Below, one piece after another: positions 27,339-37,434 of a stretch of 64,000 nucleotides of DNA. Each line of letters opens with the position of its first letter. Within the stretch, counting starts at the first letter, position 1. A program made the translations under genes and the position numbers. The DNA is from an uncultured Bacteriovoracaceae bacterium (GTDB taxonomy: Bacteria; Desulfobacterota; Desulfomonilia; UBA1062): the NCBI GenBank assembly GCA_964513375.1, contig CAZEMO010000006.1, forward strand, positions 7,567 to 71,566, in the 5' to 3' direction. The notes below the pieces were generated by a model. It had not been told where the DNA came from. It was given only the letters and a program-made list of their open reading frames with translations, and made no database searches.

Positions 27339-29955
27339 GGAGTTTTCCCGCTCTCTCAATCTTTTCAAGCTTGAAGCTCAGCTCTTCCTTAAGTCTTCTC
27401 TGCTCCTCGACGATTTCGGGGTCGGCCTTTTCGATGAAGTTTCTGTTGGACAGCTTTTTGTCCTTCGCCTCAAGGTCAGCCTTGACGTTCTTGAGTTGTT
27501 TGTTCAGCCTGTCCATCTCTTTTCCGATATCGATGACTCCTTCGAGCGGGATGTAAATTTCCATGTCGGCCGTCACTGCAAAGGCGCTCTTTTTTGGGGC
27601 GTCCGCCTCGACAAAGGAAAGCCCTTTGACCCTGGCCAGCCTCTTGACCAGATTCATATGGCCCTCAAGTATGGTCCTGACATCGGGCGATTTGGGTTTC
27701 AAAATGGCGTCGAGTTCTATCGAAGGTGATATGTTCGACTCGCCCCTTACGCTCCTTATGCCTGAAATAAGCTCGATAATGACATCCATATGGCGGGCTT
27801 CATCGGCAAAGTCGAATGCCTGGCTCTCGGACGGATAGGCCGTTATGGTTATGGAATCGGACTTTTTGCCGGGCAGGAGCTGCCATACCTCTTCCGTTAC
27901 GAAAGGTATTATCGGGTGCAGCATTTCGAGTATTGCCCTCAGCACATGAACGAGGACCCATTTGGTCGTATCTGCAGTCTCGCTTTCGAGCATGGGTTTT
28001 GATAGTTCGATGTACCAGTCGCAGAATGTATGCCATGTGAAGTGGTAGAGGCCTTCCGCCGCGTCATTGAACCTGTACTCGTCGAGTGCGGAGCGCGTCT
28101 GAACAATTGCCTTGTTGAGTTCAGTAAGCACCCATTTGTCCGCAGTTGAGAGCGTGAGGCCCGTCTTCTGAACCTCATCATAGTCAAAGACATCGCCCGT
28201 GTTGTTGAGGACGAATCTTCCCGCATTCCATATCTTGTTTATAAAGAAGCGGTAGCCCTGAATTCGCTTTTCGCTCATGCGAACATCACGCCCCATTGCT
28301 GCGAATGCGGCCAGTGTGAACCTTAGTGCGTCCGCTCCGAAGCGGTCCATTTCCACTATCGGGTCGACGAAGTTCCCCTTGGTCTTGCTCATCTTCTGCC
28401 CGTGCTCGTCTCTGACCAGTGCATGCAGGTATACATCTCTGAAGGGCACATCTCCCATGAACTTGAGACCCATCATCATCATGCGTGCCACCCAGAAGAA
28501 GAGTATGTCGAACCCGGTAACAAGGACGCTTCCCGGGTAGAATATCTTGAGCTCCGGTGTTTCGTCCGGCCATCCCATGGTGGAGAAGGGCCAGAGCGCG
28601 GAAGAGAACCATGTATCCAGCACATCGGTCTCCTGCCTGATGTTGGAGGAAGAGCAATTTGTGCATTTTTCCGGATCGGTCGTGCTGACAATGACCTCGC
28701 CGCAGTCGTCGCAGAACCACGCCGGTATCCTGTGGCCCCACCATATCTGCCTGGAAATGCACCATTCCCTTATATTGTTCATCCATTCGTAGTACGTCTT
28801 TTCCCACTGTTGTGGGATTATGCGCGTTCCCCCGGATTTTACCGCATCTATCGCCTTTTCGGCGAGCGGCTTTGTCTTTACGAACCACTGCTTTGAGAGG
28901 TAAGGTTCGATCACGGTCTTGCAGCGGTAGCATTTTCCGACAGGTACCCTGTAAGGCGTCTTGTCCACAAGATATCCCTGCTCCTGCAAATCTGTCTCCA
29001 GTTGCTTCCTGCATTCGAATCGGTCCATACCCTTGTAGGGCCCGGTATTGGGCGACATGAAGCCCGACTCGTCGATGATGACTATGGTCTCGAGGTTGTG
29101 CCTTATGCCCATCTCATAGTCGTTGAGGTCGTGCGCGGGCGTCACCTTTACCGCGCCGGTTCCGAATTCCAGGTCGACTACAGGGTCCGGTATGATCTTT
29201 ATCGGCCTGTTGAGTATGGGCAGGATGGCGTTCTTTCCCACGAAAGACTTGTAGCGCTCATCCTCGGGATTGACCGCAATGGCTGTGTCGCCAAGCATGG
29301 TTTCCGGCCTTGTAGTTGCAACCACGACCTCTCCGCCGCCCTCCATTGGATAGCGTATGTGCCACAGGAAGCTGTCCTCTTCCTCGTGGTCGACCTCAAG
29401 GTCGGATATCGCGCTGTGGCACCTTGGGCACCAGTTGACTATATAATCGCTCCTGTAGATGAGCTCTTCGTTATAAAGGCTTACGAACACCTTCCTGACC
29501 GCCCTGGAAAGGCCTTCGTCCATGGTGAACCTTATCCTGTCCCAGTCGCATGACGCGCCCAGGCGCTTGAGCTGGTTAATAATTAGGCTGCCGTGTTTTT
29601 CCCTCCACTTCCAGACTTCCGTGATGAAGGCGTCCCTTCCGAGTTCGTGCCGGGAAGTCCCATTTTCGGCAAGGTGCCTTTCGACCACGGTCTGCGTGGC
29701 TATGCCGGCATGGTCGGTGCCCGGCATCCATAGTGTGTTGTATCCGTCCATGCGCTTGTAGCGGCAGAGTATGTCCTGAAGCGTGTTGTTGAGTGCATGC
29801 CCCATGTGGAGGACGCCCGTTATGTTAGGAGGCGGAATGACTATGCAGAAAGTCTGCTTATTGTTTTCCGTTGATGCGTGGAAATACTTTCTCTCAAGCC
29901 AGAACTCATACCACTTCTGTTCGATTTCACCTGGATTGTAATCCTGATCAAGCAT
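27328..29955 (-). CDS. valS: Valine--tRNA ligase
   Basis: PPPNITGVLHMGH, KMSKTKGN, WCISRQIWWGH, C-terminal coiled coil. Confidence 0.99.
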   Translation of the reverse strand: MLDQDYNPGEIEQKWYEFWLERKYFHASTENNKQTFCIVIPPPNITGVLHMGHALNNTLQDILCRYKRMDGYNTLWMPGTDHAGIATQTVVERHLAENGTSRHELGRDAFITEVWKWREKHGSLIINQLKRLGASCDWDRIRFTMDEGLSRAVRKVFVSLYNEELIYRSDYIVNWCPRCHSAISDLEVDHEEEDSFLWHIRYPMEGGGEVVVATTRPETMLGDTAIAVNPEDERYKSFVGKNAILPILNRPIKIIPDPVVDLEFGTGAVKVTPAHDLNDYEMGIRHNLETIVIIDESGFMSPNTGPYKGMDRFECRKQLETDLQEQGYLVDKTPYRVPVGKCYRCKTVIEPYLSKQWFVKTKPLAEKAIDAVKSGGTRIIPQQWEKTYYEWMNNIREWCISRQIWWGHRIPAWFCDDCGEVIVSTTDPEKCTNCSSSNIRQETDVLDTWFSSALWPFSTMGWPDETPELKIFYPGSVLVTGFDILFFWVARMMMMGLKFMGDVPFRDVYLHALVRDEHGQKMSKTKGNFVDPIVEMDRFGADALRFTLAAFAAMGRDVRMSEKRIQGYRFFINKIWNAGRFVLNNTGDVFDYDEVQKTGLTLSTADKWVLTELNKAIVQTRSALDEYRFNDAAEGLYHFTWHTFCDWYIELSKPMLESETADTTKWVLVHVLRAILEMLHPIIPFVTEEVWQLLPGKKSDSITITAYPSESQAFDFADEARHMDVIIELISGIRSVRGESNISPSIELDAILKPKSPDVRTILEGHMNLVKRLARVKGLSFVEADAPKKSAFAVTADMEIYIPLEGVIDIGKEMDRLNKQLKNVKADLEAKDKKLSNRNFIEKADPEIVEEQRRLKEELSFKLEKIERAGKLLEG

Positions 29956-30194
29956 ATCTTATCTCCTGGATATTATCTTAAGCCATCCACATATCATTTA
30001 TTAACCGGTTTTAGTCAATTCTTTTTCGGTTTTTCCGGTGCCGGATGAGGTTGTACTGGAAAGACGCCTGCCGGTCATTATAATATCAGGTAAATTTTGT
30101 ATGAGATGAGCAACGATATGAAATATTATGTTTCGTGTGTTTCAGCCCCGACCTGTTCGGGAACTGGACTATAGATCAGTTTTAGGAGGGATAA

Positions 30195-30800
30195 ATGCTA
30201 ATTGATAGAAAGATATCTCTGTTAATAAAGATGCTGTTTCTGGCTGCGATGCTGATCCCGACAGCAGGCTACTGTATGGATAAAGCCCCGGAGGGTCCGA
30301 CTGCGATAGTTATCGATGATGAAACCGGCAAACCAATCGAGGGTGCTGTGGCGATTGCGATCTGGAGGGATGACAAGAAGGACTGCAACTTCATCCAGGG
30401 GCTTCACGGCGGGTGCTTCGGGTTCAAAAAGGCCGAAGAGGTTGTTTCCGATAAAGAGGGAAAAATTTATATCCCTGATTTCTGGAAGACAACACATAAG
30501 AAAGGCGGGACAGGCAATATCTATGACCCACGTTTGACCATCTACAAATTCGGTTATGTCTGCTGGGACCAGCAGAGGATATTTCATCCCAAAAGCAGCT
30601 GGGAAGACCGCAAGGATTTCAACAGGGACAGCCGGATTGTGAGATTGAAGAAGTGGCCGGAGGATATGTCGTTTCATAAACATTTAAGTTTTATTGGTGA
30701 TTGTCTAGGGGGAAATTATTCAGGATCAATAACTCCATTGTTTATGAAAGCATTCAGAGCTGAAGACCCTTATTATTCAAAGGAAATTGGTAATAAATAA
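30195..30800 (+). CDS. Exported protein with beta-sandwich (carboxypeptidase-regulatory-like) domain; possible immunity/partner protein
   Basis: Signal peptide; IDDETGKPIEGAV...SDKEG...YKFGY pattern; AGGAGG SD. Confidence 0.7.
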   Translation: MLIDRKISLLIKMLFLAAMLIPTAGYCMDKAPEGPTAIVIDDETGKPIEGAVAIAIWRDDKKDCNFIQGLHGGCFGFKKAEEVVSDKEGKIYIPDFWKTTHKKGGTGNIYDPRLTIYKFGYVCWDQQRIFHPKSSWEDRKDFNRDSRIVRLKKWPEDMSFHKHLSFIGDCLGGNYSGSITPLFMKAFRAEDPYYSKEIGNK

Positions 30801-30829
30801 TCAAGAGAAAAGAAATAGGAGAAATTAAT

Positions 30830-31411
30830 ATGAGATTGAAATGTTATTATTTTATTTTATTGTTAATTTTTTTGTATCCAATAAATTTATTTTCTTACAA
30901 TAATACAAAAACACATAAGCAAATTACGGATATTTCAATTCAAAGATCCGATTTAGAAAGCTATCTACAAACAGTTCTTGGTTTTCAAAATGGATATAAA
31001 TTCGAAATAAATGAAAATACAATAACAAAACTCATCCAAGACGGCGCCGAACGCGAGGATCTGGGCTATAGAGGATACAATCATTTTTATAACCCATTGA
31101 CCGGTGAAGGTCTTAATGATTCCGGTTTTCCCAGGGTATATTGGGGCTCTGCCACTGGTGTGGGAAAGGGTGCTGAATGCTTGGAGTATTTGACTGTCGG
31201 CATTCCCGCCATGCTTTGGGCGATGGGAAACGGTTGTAGGATGTGCTGCGATAAATCCAATCCAAGTGAAGACGACAACCGTAATGAATATTCGTGGGTT
31301 GGGCAACAAGACGCCGGTAAGCTGACAATTAATTCTGCACTAACAGAGAGTCTTCATTCTGTCTGTCAATTGAAAATGGGAGCCTGCAACAGGTGCCCTT
31401 TAAGTTGTTAG
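30830..31411 (+). pseudogene. Secreted Zn-phospholipase C / S1-P1-like protein, apparently C-terminally truncated
   Basis: Signal peptide then YNNTKTH, GAERED and NHFYNP (cf. PLC HFYDP); later HxxxD/H ligands missing; frame ends in unrelated-looking sequence after NEYSW. Confidence 0.55.
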
Positions 31412-31455
31412 GACAATCTATTTCGTTTTCAAGATTGTTAATACCACAACAGCCG

Positions 31456-31673
31456 TCAATCTATTTTCTTGAGTTTCTCTATCTCCTCGCGGATGATCTT
31501 CTCGATTATGCCGGGCAGGTTCTTTTTAACTGACGCGACAATTTCATTTATGAGGTCAGTTATTACAGGTCTGGCTATGGATTCCACCATTTCAGGGATG
31601 TCTTTTGCCGGAGATTCTCTGGCAGCCTCGGTCACTGCCTCTTCGTCAACAGGCTTTGTTTATTCTTCTGCAA
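31456..31673 (-). pseudogene. Small helical protein gene (ends LPGIIEKIIREEIEKLKKID), one base out of frame with its SD-supported TTG start
   Basis: AGGAGG then TTG at 31673; 218 bp to TGA at 31456 (not a multiple of 3); alternative in-frame GTG at 31635 gives 59 aa. Confidence 0.4.
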
Positions 31674-31806
31674 AACACCTCCTATAACCATTTTGCAGCT
31701 ATTCCAGGACACATTTTTTGCCATTACACCCGGAAAGACAGTTCAATCATGATGATTTCGATTTATATTCAAAATGATGATGTTTGCCATGGCAAGAAAA
31801 AAGGGC

Positions 31807-31930
31807 GACAGGGCGTTAGAACAAGACAGGTCAAGGAGTGACGCGGGCGAGGCGCGAAACATACTTTTAGCGTATTTCGCAGCAACGAACCAAGGAGCGA
31901 CGCAGAGATGTAAATTTAGAACGCCCTGTC
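31807..31930. mobile_element. 124-bp MITE/REP-like element with 11-bp terminal inverted repeats
   Basis: GACAGGGCGTT (31807-31817) ... AACGCCCTGTC (31920-31930); 1 bp from the stop codon of the DAHP synthase gene. Confidence 0.65.
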
Positions 31931-31931
31931 T

Positions 31932-32960
31932 CTAGACGATCTCGGCGAGACGGTTGACGAAGCTCCACGTATCTTTCCACCCCAGGCACGGGTCTGTAAT
32001 CGACTTACCATATGTATTCTCACCCGGCTTCTGCGCGCCTTCGACGATATAGCTTTCGACCATGAGCCCTTTGACCATCTTCAATAGCCTGTTCGAATGT
32101 CTCCTGCTATGCATTACCTCCATACCTATCCTGGGCTGTTCCTTGTATTTCTTGTTGGAATTGGCATGGTTGGTATCGACAATTATCGCCGGGTTAAGAA
32201 GCTGCCTGTCATTAAAGCTTTCCGCGACCATCATGAGGTTTTCATAGTGATAATTGGGTATGCTCCTGCCGTAATGGTCTACGGCACCTCTTAGGATTGC
32301 ATGGGAGAGCGCGTTACCCGAAGTACGGACCTCCCAGCCGTTATGGAGGAACACATGGCTCTGTTGTGCGGCATAGATTGAATTAAGCATAACCGAAATG
32401 TCTCCGCTGGTTGGGTTCTTCATGCCGCATGGCATATCGCACCCGCTTATCGTGAGCCTGTGCTGCTGATTTTCAACCGAACGTGCACCTACAGCGATAT
32501 AGCTAAGAAGGTCATCAAGGTATGACAGGTTCCCGGGATACAGCATTTCATCCGCAGCCGGAAGCCCCGATTCGGACAGCGCTCTTATATGAAGCTTTCT
32601 GAGAGCCTTAATTCCTTCTGTAATGTTCGGCTTTTTATTCGGGTCGGGCTGGTGCATCATGCCCTTATAGCCTTCACCGGTCGACCTGGGCTTGTTCGTG
32701 TAGATACGCGGAACAAGGACAAGCCTTTCCCTGACCTCTTCCTCAAGCTTTGCCAAGCGCGAGACATAATCACACACGCTGTCCTCGTTATCCGCCGAGC
32801 AGGGTCCTATTATAAGAAGAAATTTATCGCTTGCTCCGGTGAAGATTTTTTTTATTTCCGAGTCCTTTTGTTTTTTTAAAAGGCGTAATTCGGGTTTCAT
32901 TGGGAGTTCTTCTTTAATATCTTCAGGGCTTGGTATTCTGTGGATATATTTAAAGCTCAT
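31932..32960 (-). CDS. 3-deoxy-7-phosphoheptulonate (DAHP) synthase, class I-alpha
   Basis: IIGPCSA, YTNKPRS..GYKG, VGARSVENQQHR, GMKNPTSG, DTNHANS, YGKSITDPCLGW. Confidence 0.95.
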   Translation of the reverse strand: MSFKYIHRIPSPEDIKEELPMKPELRLLKKQKDSEIKKIFTGASDKFLLIIGPCSADNEDSVCDYVSRLAKLEEEVRERLVLVPRIYTNKPRSTGEGYKGMMHQPDPNKKPNITEGIKALRKLHIRALSESGLPAADEMLYPGNLSYLDDLLSYIAVGARSVENQQHRLTISGCDMPCGMKNPTSGDISVMLNSIYAAQQSHVFLHNGWEVRTSGNALSHAILRGAVDHYGRSIPNYHYENLMMVAESFNDRQLLNPAIIVDTNHANSNKKYKEQPRIGMEVMHSRRHSNRLLKMVKGLMVESYIVEGAQKPGENTYGKSITDPCLGWKDTWSFVNRLAEIV

Positions 32961-33156
32961 TTTGCACTCCTGGAATTTTAAAGTTCAGCAATGAGGATAC
33001 AGCACAAAATCTCTCGGTTTTTATTTTGATCCTTTTTTGTCATTCCTGCTTACACCTGACTCCTCACTCCTGACATCTTTGACAACCTATATCAAATCGG
33101 ACGACTGCTATCAATTAGCTTGACCGTAAATCTTTCAGACGATATAAACCCGTTCC

Positions 33157-34308
33157 ATGCCAAGCGAGATAATCAACTATAAAGACAAAGAAATCATGCT
33201 TGTAGGCACGGCCCATGTGTCAAAGGGCAGTGTAGATGAGGTGAAAGAGGCAATCAGCACTTTCAAACCCGATATAGTGGCTGTCGAATTATGCAAGGGC
33301 AGATATGATGTAATGAAGAATCCTACCGCCTGGCAGCAGACCGATATCGTCAAGGTCATCAAGGAGAAAAAGGCATTGCTACTCTTTATCAACCTCCTGA
33401 TGGCGTCTTTTCAGAGAAGGGTCGGAGCAAAGCTTGGTATAAAGCCGGGTGAGGAAATGCGTGCGGCCATAGAAGACGCGGAGGCTGCTGGAATTCCGGT
33501 ATCGCTTATTGACAGAGGCGTGCAGACGACGCTTCAGCGGACCTGGTATAAACTATCATTCAGGGAAAAATTCAATCTGATGTTCCAGTCGCTCGTTTCA
33601 ATATTGGGTGCCGAGGAACTTACCGAGAATGATATCGAACAGCTGAAGGAAAAGGACATGCTTACCGCTGCGCTCGAAGAAGTGGCAAAAAAAGCGCCTG
33701 TGGTAAAAGAGGTCATCCTGGACGAGCGCGATTCCTATATGGCTGCAAAGCTTTCAGCGATAGAAGCAAAAAAGATACTCGCGGTAATAGGTGCAGGACA
33801 TATGGAAGGTATAAAATTAAAAATCGGCACGCCGATCGACATTGCCGCCCTCGATGTAATTCCGCCCAAAAAGAAAAGTTTTTGGGGCTGGATATTCGCC
33901 TTCCTCATTCTTTTTCTTGTCATGCTGGGCGTTCATAAGGGAGGCATAGGGCAGGGCATGCATATGATATGGATATGGGCGGCAAGCACTATGTTTTTCA
34001 GCGCAGTAGGGGCGCTTATTGCATTCGGCCATCCCTTGACTATACTTGTAGCCGCAGCGGTATCGCCTTTGACGGCCATACACCCGGCGCTTGCATCCGG
34101 CTGGTTTGCGGGGCTTACCGAGGCGTGGCTTAAAAAGCCCAAGGTGTCTGACTTCGAGACTATACATACCGATATTGAAACAGTGCGCGGTTTCTGGCGC
34201 AACCCCATTACAAGAATACTGCTGGTTGTAATACTGACGAATTTCGGGACGGTGTTCGGTTCTATTATCGCCATGCCCATGTTGACTAAGGTTCTTCTTC
34301 GAAGTTAA
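33157..34308 (+). CDS. TraB/GumN family membrane protein
   Basis: LVGTAHVS, VAVELC, ILDERDSYM, IGAGH, C-terminal TM helices. Confidence 0.9.
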   Translation: MPSEIINYKDKEIMLVGTAHVSKGSVDEVKEAISTFKPDIVAVELCKGRYDVMKNPTAWQQTDIVKVIKEKKALLLFINLLMASFQRRVGAKLGIKPGEEMRAAIEDAEAAGIPVSLIDRGVQTTLQRTWYKLSFREKFNLMFQSLVSILGAEELTENDIEQLKEKDMLTAALEEVAKKAPVVKEVILDERDSYMAAKLSAIEAKKILAVIGAGHMEGIKLKIGTPIDIAALDVIPPKKKSFWGWIFAFLILFLVMLGVHKGGIGQGMHMIWIWAASTMFFSAVGALIAFGHPLTILVAAAVSPLTAIHPALASGWFAGLTEAWLKKPKVSDFETIHTDIETVRGFWRNPITRILLVVILTNFGTVFGSIIAMPMLTKVLLRS

Positions 34309-35021
34309 GGAAGCTTCAAAAAGCGCCTGCCCCTTTCATCGATCTCAAGCCAGGCCCTCTGGTCGGCAAAGGCTGGCAGGACAATAAGGTCTTTCCTCAT
34401 TATCCCCCTGTGAAGATGGCCGCATATGACTGTATCAACGCCTTTTTTATCGCATATGCCGGGTTTGATTTCGGAACTCAGAGGCCTTATTGCGGATGAG
34501 GCCTTTATCATCGCGCCGGCAATCTTTTCCTTTGATTCTGTTTTCAGGTGTTTGTCGAGGAATCTCAGAATCGGCCAGCCGAGAGAGTGGAGGAGGCCAA
34601 ATCCCATGTCGTGAGTTGTAAGGCTGTGGCCATGGGCAAGCAGGTAATCTTTTCCGTAAAGACTGATTTTAAGCTCCTCTTGTCTTATCAACCCGGGAAC
34701 TCTTCCGGATGACATCATCAGAAAATCACGGTTACCTGCAAGAATCCCGGCACCTTCAATCCTGATCGCCTCAAGTACGTTCGATACCCTGGGATCGATT
34801 CCTGTATACCAGTACTCAAAAAGATCACCCAGGATGAAAATTTTTGCATCGGCCCCATGGAATCTGTCAAGCCAGTCAATAAAATGGGCCTCATCTGTTT
34901 TATTGCCAGGTCTCAGGTGAAGGTCTGCTACGAAAATATGCATAAAGACATCAAACCAGAAATGCCTTGATATATCAACCCAATCCTTGTATTCACTATT
35001 AATCATTGATTTCAATCGCAT
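34305..35021 (-). CDS. lpxH: UDP-2,3-diacylglucosamine diphosphatase (LpxH-like metallophosphoesterase)
   Basis: ADLHL, LGDLFEYW, GNRDF, AHG, CGHLH; true start probably at MHIFVADLH. Confidence 0.8.
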   Translation of the reverse strand: MRLKSMINSEYKDWVDISRHFWFDVFMHIFVADLHLRPGNKTDEAHFIDWLDRFHGADAKIFILGDLFEYWYTGIDPRVSNVLEAIRIEGAGILAGNRDFLMMSSGRVPGLIRQEELKISLYGKDYLLAHGHSLTTHDMGFGLLHSLGWPILRFLDKHLKTESKEKIAGAMIKASSAIRPLSSEIKPGICDKKGVDTVICGHLHRGIMRKDLIVLPAFADQRAWLEIDERGRRFLKLP

Positions 35022-35077
35022 TCAGATACCGCTACAACGAAAAAATAAAAAACTTAACCTGTACAGGGAGGTAAATC

Positions 35078-35827
35078 ATGGGTGGTATGTATGCAACCGT
35101 AACAATTGTCGTCGTCGTCCTTCTGTTCCTTTTTTCTGCAATCAAGATATTAAATGAATATGAACGCGCTGTCGTATTCAGGCTTGGCCGTGTTATTGAC
35201 ATACCAAAGGGTCCCGGAATAGTTATAATCATCCCGGTAATTGATAAATTTGTAAGGATTTCACTAAGAACAATTGTCCATGATGTTCCGTCACAGGATG
35301 TAATTACCAGGGATAATGTCACGGTAAAAGTCAATGCCGTTGTTTATTTCCGCGTAGTTAATCCGCTTAAAAGCATAATCGAAGTGGAAAACTACATGTA
35401 TGCCACAGGTCAGTTGAGCCAGACAACGCTTCGCTCGGTATGCGGACAGGCCGAGCTTGACGACCTTCTATCCAAGCGCGATGAGATAAGTGCGCATATC
35501 CAGGATTTGCTTGACAAACAGACCGACCCTTGGGGGATCAAGGTCTCTGCTGTTGAATTGAAACATATCGACCTTCCCGAAGAGATGCAGCGTGCAATGG
35601 CAAAACAGGCGGAGGCGGAACGTGAGAGAAGGGCAAAGATTATAAACTCCGAAGGTGAATTCCAGGCCGCACAGAAACTGCTTGAGGCCGCACAGATAAT
35701 TGCCATGGAGCCTATTGCGCTTCAATTAAGATTCCTACAGACAATAAGAGAGATCTCGACCGAAGGCACCACGAATACGCTCATTCCGTTGCCGATAGAT
35801 TTACTTTCATCCTTCATGAAGAAGTAG
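35078..35827 (+). CDS. SPFH/slipin (stomatin-like) protein
   Basis: [40 protein letters not shown]. Confidence 0.95.
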   Translation: MGGMYATVTIVVVVLLFLFSAIKILNEYERAVVFRLGRVIDIPKGPGIVIIIPVIDKFVRISLRTIVHDVPSQDVITRDNVTVKVNAVVYFRVVNPLKSIIEVENYMYATGQLSQTTLRSVCGQAELDDLLSKRDEISAHIQDLLDKQTDPWGIKVSAVELKHIDLPEEMQRAMAKQAEAERERRAKIINSEGEFQAAQKLLEAAQIIAMEPIALQLRFLQTIREISTEGTTNTLIPLPIDLLSSFMKK

Positions 35828-35836
35828 CATTATAAA

Positions 35837-36571
35837 ATGCAGCCTATAAACAGCAGGCAGAACGAACGCTTCAAGGCGCTGCATGAAGCTAAAAAAGATA
35901 AAGGACTGCTCATGCTGGAAGGCAGGCGGCTTGCTGAAGATGCCCTTTCGCGCGGATACAAACCAGAATATTCCGCCATAACGCCTCAATATATCGAATT
36001 ACATGGAACTCCTCAGTTTGATTTTGTCCTGCTCTCTGATGACCTGTTCTTGAAACTTACCGAGACCCGGTCACCGCAGGGTATAATCATTTTCATAAGG
36101 CGACCCTATAAAACAATTGATGATCTGAAAGTACATGACAGGCTTGTAATCCTCGACGGGCTGCAGGACCCGGGAAATGTCGGCACCATAGTGAGGACTG
36201 CGGAGGCATTCGGTTTTGAAGGCATCATAGTGACGCCGGGCACGGCATCACCCTTTTCGGATAAAGCGGCAAGGGCCTCTATGGGTTCCCTGCTGGGTAT
36301 CGATATTGCTCAGGCGGCAGTTGATGAAATCGCTTCCCTCAATCATGAAATACTAAGCCTTGTGCTTGACGGGGGAGAACCTGTGAGGCATGAAATATTT
36401 ACTGGCCGTTGTGCCGTTTGCCTTGGACAGGAAGGATCGGGCCTGAGCGCCGGTATCCTTGCATTGCCCGGGAGAAAGGTATTCATCCCTATGAAGGGCA
36501 GGACGGAATCGCTCAATGTGGCGGTTGCCGCAGGAATTGTGATGGCGATAGCGGCAGGGGCAGTAAAATGA
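35837..36571 (+). CDS. TrmH/SpoU family RNA methyltransferase
   Basis: LQDPGNVGTIVRTA, GQEGSGL, IPMKGRTESLNVA. Confidence 0.93.
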   Translation: MQPINSRQNERFKALHEAKKDKGLLMLEGRRLAEDALSRGYKPEYSAITPQYIELHGTPQFDFVLLSDDLFLKLTETRSPQGIIIFIRRPYKTIDDLKVHDRLVILDGLQDPGNVGTIVRTAEAFGFEGIIVTPGTASPFSDKAARASMGSLLGIDIAQAAVDEIASLNHEILSLVLDGGEPVRHEIFTGRCAVCLGQEGSGLSAGILALPGRKVFIPMKGRTESLNVAVAAGIVMAIAAGAVK

Positions 36572-36598
36572 CGGTTGAGATGTTAATCAAGCAGGGAG

Positions 36599-37393
36599 AT
36601 GGTCATGGATTATTTCAATAAAAAAGTTGTTCTGATAACAGGGGCTGCAAGGGGTATAGGCTTTGCGACGGCGGAACTCCTGGCCGGACGAGGGGCCTCG
36701 GTGGTTATAACCGACATACTTAAGGAGAGACTGAAAGAATCCGTTTCCCTGCTAAAATCAAAAGGTCTGGATGTAACAGGGTTTCCTTCCAACGTAACGG
36801 ATTATGAAAGCTGCACCAGCGCTGTAAAAAACACACTTGAAATCTACGGCAGGCTGGATATTCTCATAAACAACGCTGGCATAAGCATAGTAGCCAATTT
36901 TGAAGAGTGCACTTCGAGCACGTGCGCCAAACTCATGGATGTAAATTTTATGGGTTCCGTGAACATGACACTTGCAGCGCTCGATGCGCTGAAGGCCTCG
37001 AAAGGGCATGTTATTTTTGTTTCAAGCGTCAGTGGCATCAGGGCCATACCAACAGGCAGTCTTTACGGTGCGAGCAAGGCCGCACTCAGAAGTCTTGCAG
37101 AATCCATCAGGCTGGAACTCAAACCCTTTGGAATTCATGTCGGGGTCATAACTCCGGGCTTCACGACATCGGACCCGACGAAGACCGTTATGAAGGGCGA
37201 CGGAACACCGCGACCCATAGACAGGGCCCCTCATGACACGCCAGCGGGCGTTGCAGCCGGGATTGCCATGCTCATCGAAAAGAGACAGCGCGAACGTATC
37301 CTTACTCCTGTCGGGAAGATAACCGATGTGCTTCAGAGGATAAGCCCCTTTTTCCTGGATTTTATTCTGGCCCGTAAAGAGCTTAGGAACTAG
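36599..37393 (+). CDS. Short-chain dehydrogenase/reductase
   Basis: TGAARGIG, NNAG, YGASK. Confidence 0.93.
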   Translation: MVMDYFNKKVVLITGAARGIGFATAELLAGRGASVVITDILKERLKESVSLLKSKGLDVTGFPSNVTDYESCTSAVKNTLEIYGRLDILINNAGISIVANFEECTSSTCAKLMDVNFMGSVNMTLAALDALKASKGHVIFVSSVSGIRAIPTGSLYGASKAALRSLAESIRLELKPFGIHVGVITPGFTTSDPTKTVMKGDGTPRPIDRAPHDTPAGVAAGIAMLIEKRQRERILTPVGKITDVLQRISPFFLDFILARKELRN

Positions 37394-37434
37394 TTGGTAG
37401 ATTTGAATAATACTTTTTTATCAGGGGGGAAAAT

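Noticed and set aside
27274-29761. Many long antisense and alternate-frame ORFs over valS (also over aspS, icd and the kinase)
   Set aside because: Expected shadows of GC3-rich coding sequence; no independent motifs or SD sites.
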